Source: Rotaria socialis (taxonomy: Eukaryota). From it: a stretch of 31,434 bases of DNA. Below, one piece after another: positions 12,711 through 23,800 of the stretch. The position numbers were made by a program, and so were the translations under genes. Where the stretch lies: positions 62,001 to 93,434 of the forward strand of contig CAJNYD010000529.1 of the NCBI GenBank assembly GCA_905331295.1. Reading direction: 5' to 3'. The notes below the pieces were generated by a model. That model was given only the letters and a program-made list of their open reading frames with translations, did no database searches and had not been told where the DNA came from. Each line of letters opens with the position of its first letter. Within the stretch, counting starts at the first letter, position 1.

Positions 12711-13929
12711 ATGGCCAATTACGGACCGGCATATGGAACACTTGCCAGCAATCTCGTAAAGGTGAGGATGCTATTTTTATCAGTAATAAGAAGTTTTTTC
12801 TTTGGAGCCATGGATACAATTATTCTACACAGAACAAATAGATGAATGAAGAAAAATATCTATTTCATAAACTAATTATTATATCTATACCAATTCTTTT
12901 GAAAAATAGGCATTTTTTTTACGGCGAAATTGAATTGGGTCCTTATTTCTTAAATTCTACGTGAGGCTGCATCACTACATGTACATATTTTTTCTTTTTT
13001 CCCCTTCGCTATGTGGCGATGGATACGAATGATTTCTGAATTTAAAAATTTTACATCTTACGTTAGCGGTTACAAGTAACACTGTAATACATATCCGTCC
13101 TTAAAGTGCAAGCGTTACCATCACTAGATCAATCTTATTTACTTTTCTGATACTAACATAACAAGAAGTCGTCTGTTTGTTACTGTCTCTTTGTTTTTTT
13201 ATTTTCTTTGGAAATTTTCATTGTTCTGATATATTCGAATATATGTGTAATGCTTAGATAGCAACAAAACGTGATCCTAAACTTGACAGCCAAGCACAAG
13301 CATGGATCGAGTTAGTAATCGCTGAAAAATTTCCCAATTGTTCTTATGAAGATGCTCTCCGGAATGGTATTATCTTGTGCAAGTATATTAGATTTTTTTT
13401 TCTATTAGTCAATTCGATTCTGTTCTTTTTATATTCATGTTGATAAAAGACTTATGAACAAACGTCAACCAAATGCTATCCCAAAATTTACCACAACAAT
13501 TGGAGGATTTAGATCACGAGAAAATATATGTTTCTTTCGTGAGTATAGAAATTCTCTATTATAATTATTGTCAAATTGATACATATGAAATAGAAAATGC
13601 GGCTCGTGCCTACGGCTTACGCGATCTAGACTTATTTCAAACTGTCGATCTATTTGAAAAACGTAACATAGCTCAAGTAACATATTGTATAATTGCACTT
13701 GCTCGACAAGTAAGTACAGCATTTGTTTCTAATAGAAATCTGTTGATTTGGGACTTCTTTTTGCTTCTAGGCTCAAAAGAAGAGTTTCAATGGACCTATT
13801 CTTCGAACAAGCACGGCAGAATTTTGCCCATGTGAAGTCACTGAAGAACAACTATTTGTTAGAAAAAGTCTAACCGGATTTCTAGACGAAGGGTTGATCA
13901 AATTTGCTAACTCTTCTAAGCTTTCGTAA
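12711..13929 (+). CDS. Transgelin / muscle protein 20 / calponin-homology protein, ~179 aa; exons 12711-12761, 13258-13382, 13450-13538, 13594-13709, 13771-13929
   Basis: Spliced translation MANYGPAYG...KRDPKLDSQAQAWIE...YEDALRNGIILCKLMNK...FRSRENICFFQNAARAYGLRDLDLFQTVDLFEKRNIAQVTYCIIALARQAQKKSFNGP is a calponin-family CH domain. All introns are GT-AG and the total of 540 nt is in frame. Confidence 0.9.
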
Positions 13930-14335
13930 TGGTCTATCGCGCGTGACAGAATAAAACGAACATACAACTAACAATAACTGTTATATTTTGCAAATTTTCA
14001 CCAATAAATATATCCGTATAGATTCATGTATAACTATGTTTCTATGGCAAAGAAAATCTGTTGAAAGCAATGGCGAAACCGATTCGAACTATGTATAGGC
14101 ATAGCATCATCCCGATGACCCTTCTCGCTCCAAAACCGTGTCATATATTTTTCTCAATTATATGCAATAACCTTCTTGCAGGTACACAAGTAAACAATAA
14201 AAACAATATTTAACCGAGTTCACACCCAAGTCCTGAAATATACTAGTTGAGCGACTTTGAACCATATCGAGCTTTGTAAAGGTTTGGGTAAGAGTAACTT
14301 GAAAGGACATTTTCATCGATTAGTTGTATTACGAA

Positions 14336-15335
14336 CAGGGTTGCCAGCCGTACCCCATTTGGGGGTACAGTACCCCCTTTTGAGCCTTTTGTACCTCAAA
14401 AACAATTGTACCTCTAAGGTACGCATTTTGTACCCCATCTGCATTTTTCAATGTTACGACTACTATCATCCATATTTTGGTTGAAACTAAGAAAATTTCT
14501 GTCTCTTTATCCGACATTTACTATTGATAAAGATGTGAAGCGTCAATTATATTGGTTGGCTGCTAATGGTCATGTTTATGAAGAATTCAACAATGACATA
14601 TGCAACGAGTTTCGTGATGAAGATAATCTCATTCACAAATCGACGACCGAAAATCATGAAAGAGAAGTGGAATTTCGGTCTGATCAATTTTGGGCTTTTC
14701 TTTTTGTAAAGTCGAAACCAATGTGTATTGAAATGTACAAAATTATTTCTTATGTGTACTCAATTCCTTGCTCGAATGCATTTGTTGAAGGCGTTTTTAA
14801 TCAAAGAAAAAGCGCATGGACAGCCAGTCGTAATTTGACAGTGAATGAAACGATAGCTGCTGAATTGAAAATCAGATTTAATAGTACTATGACATGTGAA
14901 GATTTTTTTCTTTTGCTCAAACACAACCGCAACTGATAGAGTGTGGCAAAAAGCAACAAAAATACAGTTTCGAAAAAAAGCGTGCAACAGTTAGTGTAAA
15001 TATAAATCGAGAAGGTTCGCTTTGAGTAAGCATTGTTTTATTATGATTGAGTTGAATATATGTATGACAAAATGAAATTTTATTGTGAACATATTTATTA
15101 GAAAATAAAGATTTCAATTTGAAAGCTAGACTTTATAGTAAAACGAAAAACTGAGAATGCCCCTTCCTGATTGAAAATAGTTTTCGAAATTGATTTCCGC
15201 AGCCGATGACCAGTGTGAAAGATGTAAACTGCGTACCTCATGAATGTACCCCATTTACAACTGAGTTGTACCTAACGTGTACCCCATTCCGAAATCAGTA
15301 TACCCCATTTGGGACCTGAACAGCTGGCAACCCTG
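14336..15335 (+). mobile_element. Internally deleted hAT DNA transposon (1000 bp)
   Basis: TIRs CAGGGTTGCCAGC(C/T)GT at both ends. Perfect 8-bp TSD ATTACGAA (14328-14335 and 15336-15343). Subterminal GTACC(CC) repeats. Internal transposase remnant. Confidence 0.95.
14451..14936 (+). pseudogene. hAT transposase C-terminal dimerization-domain remnant
   Basis: DQFWAFLF...YKIISYVYSIPCSNAFVEGVFNQRKSAWTASRNL..ETIAAELKIRFN matches the hAT dimerization motif (S.P.S.A..ER.FS). The N-terminal and core regions are missing. Confidence 0.85.
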
Positions 15336-15728
15336 ATTACGAATAGTAAATTATTCGAACTATAGCAATTCAGTGGTCGGTTGGCTAACAATCGGTTTAT
15401 TTTGATGTTGAATTCTTATCAACTCAAATTCTCTACTACAGATCTATTTTAGTGAAAACATTTAAAGACTTCATCATTGAATTAAACAGCCATGAGTAAC
15501 TATATAATGTAACATTATGAATAAGTTTAGGAATTCTACATCAATGATGAAATATAGCACAATCGCAATGGCAAATATCGTTTTTTGCTGTGTTTTCCTC
15601 CTATTCGTATATGCTTCAGTAATTGGATTTTTAGTAGGCTCCTGCTGAATTTAAGTTTGTGAGAATAATCGAGGATATTTTGACATATTATGTGTGAATG
15701 ATAACTTTCTCAAAGTCTGCCCTATGGT

Positions 15729-16596
15729 CAGTAGTGTCATTATTCCAAAATTCTAGAATTCTCATAGAATTCCTAATTCATCCTTTCATAATGAAGTTTT
15801 ACACCGCAATATTCTATGCCGTTCACAATACTCATACCGTCGAAGTTTTGGAATTTTGAAATCATTCGAATAAATCAGAATATTCGAATTGTAGAATAAT
15901 AAGAACTTCACAATAATTAGAATTATTGAAATTTTAGAGTAGTGAACTAGCCTGAAGTATGAATTTTTTAGCGTTTGAGAGAACTATATTTCTTGAGAGT
16001 TTGGAATAATGAGAATTTCAAAATAAGTATAAAGTTTAAGAATGCGAAATTATTAAGAATACAACATTATACTCGATTTGTTGATTGTGAGAATTTGTAG
16101 ACTTGTAATATTAAAAAACTACTATTCATGTAAATTCGCATAATAGATGGCGCAATACACATATTGAGAATTTATTGTTTTAAACTGTATGCATGAAACT
16201 AAGTGAAATAGTACAGTTTTTTCAATATTGCAGGTCTACAAATTCCCACAACATTTGATTATAAATTATCACAATCAACAAATCGAGTATAATGTTGTAT
16301 TCTTAATAATTTGACATTCTTAAAATTTATACTTATTTTGAAATTCTCATTATTCCAAACTCTCAAGAAGTATAGTTCTTTCAAACGCTAAAAATTTCAT
16401 ACTTCAGGCTAGTTTACTATAAAATTTCAATAATTCTATTATTCTTGAAATGATCCGAATGACGTCAGAATTCCAAAAGTTCGATGATACAAGAACCGTG
16501 AAAGATATAGAATCGTTAAGTGTAAAAGTTGATTATGAATATGGTGAATTGCGAATTCTATAAAAATTCTAGAATCTTGGAATAGTGACAGGGCTC
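15729..16596. mobile_element. Long foldback / palindromic element (~400-bp inverted arms, ~75-bp spacer)
   Basis: 15918-16128 is the reverse complement of ~16206-16438 (e.g. AAGAATACAACATTATACTCGATTTGTTGATTGTGA). More diverged pairing continues out to TGTCATTATTCC (15735) / GGAATAGTGACA (16590). No convincing TSD. Confidence 0.8.
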
Positions 16597-16689
16597 GATT
16601 ACTCTCATCGTTGCAATAGCCGTTCTCGTTATAATACACCTTGCTCCTTTTTTTTTATTGCGTCTTTAGCATTTTTATTTATTTTCTTC

Positions 16690-17892
16690 ACTGTTATTTT
16701 TTTTTTCTATCGACTCATTGTCATCATTACTGTCATTTCATTTGCTTCGACGTCTAAAATATATGGTGTTTACAACTCAATCTTTTTCTCTTCCGTTCTC
16801 TTTTCTTCCAACATTGAGGAGACACTTTTCAAGAGCGAGTCGAATTTTGCCTTCACTTTCTCGTATTCACAAAAAAAAGCAATTTTCAATCCCAGAAAAT
16901 AAAATTTTTCAAAGTTCCTCGACTGAAGTTGCAATCACCCGATTCTAAAACACACAGAGACAAACTAAACACAAAGTTTCAGCACGCCGCTTATTCAAAT
17001 GTCTAAAAACAGCGGCAGTTCATCTAGAGCAAGGCATCCAGACAGCAGCACTGTAAGCAATTTTTGTTTTAATTTTAATTTCTATAGTTTTCTTTCAATT
17101 TTGTAAACAAGGTCTACTCTTTAAGAAAATAGGCCCAGTCCCTGTTCCCCGGGGGAAGAACTATTTTAGGTTTCGTAGCTTTTGTGAAGCTCAAAAGCAT
17201 TAAGTCGCTTACCTATTTTTTTAGAGCATATCTCACATGTCTATGTTGCATTCTCTGTCAGTTCACTTGTTTATATTTACTACCTGTCTTTTGGTATAAA
17301 ATTCATTCGTTTGAAAATTGATCGGAACTATACTAATAATGAATATCATGTTTGCTTCGAGTGTTAATCAATCATCACTGAGCCCTAATTGTATCAAATA
17401 GTTGCTGATAACTACTTCACAGATATCTCTCGTATTTTGAAGCACGCGAATATGTTTCTAACACATTAAAGCCGAGCTACTCTACTGAAAATTTTCAAAT
17501 ACTATTTACTTTCCAGCTACTCTTAGGCTATATCCATCCGCCCCATAAAATTCATAAGAAAATTTTCAAGTTGAAGCATTGCTTATATTACACGCGACTA
17601 GATATGAGTTACCTCGGAGAATGACTATCCTTTGCTACAAATTGATGTTCACACTTGTGGAGAATAAAACAAACACGACCAATTCTGGTGACCCAATAGG
17701 GATTTTGATTTAGAGATTTTTCAATTTAGAGATGTTTTTAAATAAGCAATATGCTGTTCAAGTCAAAATCAAACAGAATCTCAGCTTTCATATCATTCTG
17801 TACTTATGCTTCATATTACCCTTGACTAAAGACCTCTTATTCATTAGTTTTACAACCGAGATCTCATTCAAATGTGCTGTATTTTGACACCA
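16690..17892 (+). repeat. Copy 1 of a direct duplication (promoter, exon 1 and intron 1 of the large gene); copy 2 at ~30320-31434
   Basis: Near-identical sequence 17070-17892 vs 30680-31434, with one ~72-bp indel at 17183-17254. Weaker similarity upstream. Confidence 0.95.
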
Positions 17893-20800
17893 CGTCTGGC
17901 CACCAGATTCAAAATATAATACAGATATTCACTATCTTATGCTTTTTTCCCGTCTTCTCTTGTTTATGTGCCTAGTCATTCTAATTTATATAGAAATTAA
18001 ATCCAATATTCTCCTTTAACATTCTTTTATTCTTTTATTCTCTTAAACTCTGATAGCCAAAATCAGTTCTCTGAGTTCTTGATAAGCAGAATTAATTGTC
18101 GAAAAGATTCTCATAAGTAATATTGATTCTGTAAGCATCTGGTTACCAGAATGTACTTACATATACTATGGTTAGCACTAGGGTACTTGGTTTGAATGGT
18201 AAAATATTTTTTGGGTAGAAGATGGTGTTGAACTATGATCCATCAGCCTTGTCGTATATTAAAAATGTCCCCAAATTGAAAATTCCTATTTGGTCACCTG
18301 AATTGACCGTATTTGTTTTATTCTCCACAAGTGTGGATATGGTATAGAGATGTGTCTGGAGATTTCAATTTGCAGCAAAGGATAGCCAACCGATTAAATG
18401 GTAGAGTTAAATTAATTATTCGTGTTTTATCGCCTCTAGTTTGTGAAATATAGAGGAAATAGAATGATAGGTCATTGATTCAACACAATCGAGGGTAAAC
18501 TTTGTCAACAACGACTGCGAGTCTATTGCTCAATTGTATTAGCTTCCTAAGAAAAATAACAGATTAATCCTGTAACACCAGTAATAATTACACATTATAG
18601 GATCATCAAACAAAGCCATCGTCAGTGAACAAATACGATGATGCTGATTATAGCCAAGCATCTGAAAGACACTCACGAAAAACGGAAGCAAATGAAAGTA
18701 AGTAAAGTTTTTAAGTTGATGGTTATATAGGAGTCTTCTTGAAATGATGTTGAGTTTAAAAAAAAAACTTTCTGCTTTAATAATATTGCTTCATCAAAAT
18801 TGGAATAAATACACACAAGGCGTCGAACTGATGTAGGCATGCAAAAATGCAATTATTATCTATTGCTGACTATTTTATTTTTATCGGCATGATCTTTAAT
18901 TGTTTCGCAAGAGTTTTCCTTCAATATAGATGTAAACATCATAGAGTCAATAGAATCCTATTAGAACTGATATTTTTTAGACAATATCACAGTCAATAAC
19001 TTCATTTCTTTTGGAATAATGTTTTTCTTCAATGTTGAGATCCTTCTCACGAATTGTGATTCGAGGTTTTTCGGTAGAACATACCTCTCTGTAGATCGTA
19101 TCATCAATGACTCAAAAAGGAATAAAAATGTCTCAATAGCATTTTTTATGCAATGGTAATCTCTAAAACTAGGAGGTGTGCAGAGCCTTTTAAGTTTCTG
19201 TCTTCTAGGCGAGTCCCGAACCTATAAAATAAACTTTGCACAAGACAGCAAGATGTTGTAGAGGGTATTGAAATCATTTATTTTTCGTGAAAAACTATTT
19301 TCGTGTGAGTCAAATTTGGGTAAAAGACAGAACCTTCAAAAGTTCTATGGATCTCCGTCTTTTTTACAGAGCAGTAGATGCCTGAGTGAACACTTCTCAT
19401 ATATTGAGCATCTAAATGAGATGAGCACTCGTCAGATAGCACCAAAAATTTCTGTTGGATGTAAGTTATATCAAAATTGAATTTTGAATTTGATTGACAA
19501 AATGACCCTCAATTTAAAATTTTGATACTAACATGATTTAAGGTGCTATTCACGCTTAATAGCCAGTATTGTAGTGGTTCTTCCGGCCTATCCTGTCAAT
19601 ATGTACTGAACAAGTAACGTTCATCGACATCGAAAGTCGATTCAATGAACCCTAGGCTGGCAGTGTTGAGGGGAATAAATGCATTGACAGGACAGAAAAT
19701 CGGTTGTTTGTGCCAGCAGTTGGTGATGAGATTTTCAAACAGACCTGTAAAGGGAGTGGAAATAAGTGAAACCGAGGTAAGAATTAGACGAAAATTAAAG
19801 GTTTCAAGTAAAAGCACTGAAAGTGAAGACGAAAGACAGACAAAATGGGACTCAAAGGTCCTTAAGGAGGGAAGAGGCTGAGTCATACCTAGCCATACAA
19901 CTATATGGTTAAGAAGCTTCATGATGGTTAGTTCAAATTTCCGTAAGGGGATCAGCTTACCCCTCCACTGACTCCATCTCCAGAGCGGGCTGTTTCACAT
20001 GGCCATGTCATGCATTCACCATGGTTTGTGCCGGAACAATACCCTTCGTGTCATAGAAATGGTCATTTGTATCACAGACATGGTCGCTTGTGTCATTGTT
20101 ACAGGCAGACACAGGTGAATTACGGTTTCTAGACCCTATCCTTTCAGTCTAGGGGAAAACTAAGAGCCAGACGAAGAAAATCATAACAATAGCAATTTAT
20201 AGATCTTGTAAAATAATATTCATTCACTTTCAACGATGTACATCCTTGAAATACCTGATTGTCTTGGGCTTGTTTGAGAAAATATTGTTATAATCAAGTG
20301 ACTCTGCAGAGAGCACTTCAATAGCCAATATGGTTACTATCATCAGTTATCTGTGTACTCGTAGATGCCTAGTCACAACAAAGATACAGCTTTTTCTCTA
20401 TTCATTATAAAAGAATGACATCTTCGTTTGATTATGAATCGCTCAGGTCAACAACGCACTAATTCAAATTCATCATCGACTGAAGGACAAGATTGGAAAT
20501 GTCGCCAATGTGGTTACACAAATAACGATAGTAATAAATCGTGCGAAACGTGCAACGCTCGTAAACCAATGCGTCCACGTATTGAAACACGGCCTAGTTA
20601 TGTAGAGAGGAGTCCCTCATCATCGTCATCTAATCACCGTACTCCTTCTCCAGAAGATGAAAGTATACCTAATCGACCAGATCCAAGAAGTTCTGTACGA
20701 GATCGGCGACGCAGTTCCAGCGGTGAACACGTAACGGAAAAAGATAGTTCTTCCGACAGTGAAAAACCGTACTATAATTCGTCCACTCAATTAAGAAGTC

Positions 20801-23800
20801 ATAGAAAGTCTCAAAATCCAGATGCACCGAACGAAAAGGAAAAAAAAACGCAACCACATGAAGGCAAGTATTCGGCCTCAAGGTTACATACGATTAAGTA
20901 TTTCCTTATAATTTTAGCCTCGTTTCATGAACAATCTTCAACTAGAGGATCTTCATCTTCAGTTAGGGACGATAGCAAAATTTTCGAAGACGACTATGAG
21001 CATAAACCCAAGAAGTCTACTGCAAAAAAGTCTTCGAGTGGTAATCAAAACTATGATGATGAACTGAGCAGTAGCAAGATGCACTCCAGTTTGAGCTCTT
21101 CACCAACACCACCGCCAGATTATTCGTCATGTATTGCTTCACAAAAGCAGCAATCGACCCTTCTTCGATATGATTCAGAAGGTGAACAATCATCATTGCA
21201 ATCTGTTGGACTATCTTCATCGAAAAATAAAAGTTCTTCGCATGATGTAAACAATCCTTCTAATTTGAAGCAGGGCTCTTCGAGGGATGATGAACGAGAT
21301 GAACCTCTTTTAACAAAGACATCTGATAGACATGTCCCTTCCAAAGGATCTTCAAAACACATTGCATCTGGTTCATCTTTATCGGTCGATGACAAAAAGG
21401 GATCCCGCGTCTCTGCATATGACGATGATCCTTATCAATCATCTGCAACAGCTGCCAAACCAATGAAACCACCTACAAGTAAGTATCTAATTACTATCTG
21501 AAGCCTGTATCCATAAATCATATTCTATTCAATTGCAATCATTGCTGTGTTTTTCATAGTAATATCGACAAAAATAAAGCTAACATAAATTCATTATCTA
21601 ATTTATCACATGAAATCATGAACCCAGGCTAATAAATCTTTCCCTACCCCATCTATATTATTTCGGTGAATCTACCAATAGTATATCAACATTTTTACAG
21701 CAAATGAAGATGCACTTACTGTAAATGAGAAGAAACCTTGAAATGCTATCTGGTCTCTATGACGAATATATTGACCATTTAAGTATGCAAAATATTTCAA
21801 TATCTTCAGAGTTTATGCATCAAAATGACTAATTTCTTAGAGCTCCAGATACGTGCGATGCACTATTATTTTAAGGATTTCATATGTGTAAAAGAGTTTC
21901 AATTAAATGTCTAGAGATAACATCCGATTCAAATGGATTTCCTGAAAGTATGCTGCCCTTGCACTGAGTGTTCTGAAGAATAGTTTCAATTACAGCTACT
22001 TGATATCCACACAATTTTATTTCTTCGTTCGAACTATAGTCACGACTTAATCGTGTTCAACTTGTAATGAGCTAGCCGAAATGCGACTCTTTTTTGATAA
22101 ATCTTCAAAGCACATCTATTTCATCAATTCAAAACATTGTTTTTCAGGTCCGTCATCGTCAAAAAAATCAAACAAAAGTGAACCTATCATAGTTTATATA
22201 CCAGATTTGCCTGTTAACATAGATAGTAATCAATTACTCGAAAGTATGATTCGGCAATGTTTAGAACTTAAACATAAACAAAAAATAGTCGATGTTAAAT
22301 GTGATGCCAAATTAGGCATTGGAATTGTCTACTTACATACTGATGAAGATAAGCATAATTTAACTAATATTATCGAAAAAATTATAATTGAAACATCCAA
22401 AAATACAATGGTATCATTTGTCGATGAACTGGAACTAGTATCTTATATTGTTGTTGATAACATGGATACAAAAGATCTTCCATCAGTAGATGACATATGT
22501 CGACGATGGGTTCATCTGTACAAGGTGCAATCGGAACCACAATGTGAACGACTATCTGCTCAATTTCCGAACATCTATCGAATAATAACACATTCATTAG
22601 ATGAACTACTCCCTGCAATGTCAACTAAGGAGTTCTCAATCAATAAACAGTTCGCAACTGTTTACTTCCGTGCTGATTGTGCTTTCTTTGAAGATTTACC
22701 ACGAACGGCAACATTAGATCGATTGACCGACGCAATCAGTAGTCAAATCTCTGATAAATACATGTCCAAAGAATTAATACATATACAGTATAATAAAGCA
22801 AATGGTAATGCTATTGTGCTGACATCAGGAAGAGCTCGAATATGGGCCCTACATAGTTCAATTCTATTAGATGGGCGCTCTTTTATGAAAAAGGACAGCC
22901 TTGCTTGCCGCTTATTGATACGCACCGTACCCAAAGGGGTGTCAACTTCACTTATCCGAAATCATAAAATGTTTGGTGATGCTGTTGTTAAAATATTCCC
23001 TAGCGATGAACATGTCGTTCTCGAACTTTCTGATCGAAGTATTTATGAGAAGTGTATTGATCAAGGTGTTGTACGCATTGATCAACACTTATTAGGTATT
23101 GAAGCTTATACGTTTACAAATAATCCTGAAAATAGTGAAATTGATGCTGAAAATTGGTATGAAACAGAGATGGTTGATCATAAGCCCGATATAATGCCAT
23201 TTATTTCTAATCCTCAACATCCTATTTTTCAATTTAAATGGAATCCAAGAGTGTTTTTAGAACAACTCCGTTTGTGGACATCGAATGAACGTAAGACTAA
23301 TGAAAAAGATCAAGTTAAATTTGAAAAATTATGTAATCTGAAACGTCATCTATTACGAATGACAGTTATGTTGAATACAATTGGTGTAGTAAAAAGAGGC
23401 TTTTATCGTATAGGTGACAAAGAAATCAAATTAAAACCAGATCGATTAAAAACAATTCTCTATGATCATAAGTCAAAATTGCAGCGTGGTAAGACAATGT
23501 CGTTATCGCATGCTACAGAATTCCCGTATAAATCTACATCAGTTAGTGTAGTGAATGAAGACTGTTTGATAGTTTATAAGAATCTAGTAAATAAAGGTTG
23601 CCGACCAGTTGTTCTTAATATGGCTAATGCTACCAGTCCAGGTGGTGGCTACAAACGAGGAGATGGAGCTCAAGAAGAAACACTTTTTCGTCGCTCGAAT
23701 TATTTCCAAAGTCTCGATCTTGAGTTAGATGATGGGAAACCAACAGCACGCTTCTATTGTAATTCAAATTGTGATTTAGAACCATTAGGTAAAGGTGATC

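Noticed and set aside
16585..16948. Hydrophobic ORFs here and at 30193-30612 as membrane proteins
   Set aside because: T-rich promoter sequence, and reading frames are not conserved between the two copies.
19596..19922. ORFs in intron 2 as a nested gene or transposase
   Set aside because: Short, with no recognisable domain.
22081..22147. ATG at 22081 as the start of the 1955-aa ORF
   Set aside because: It lies in intron-like sequence before a strong TTTTCAG acceptor whose phase matches the upstream exon.
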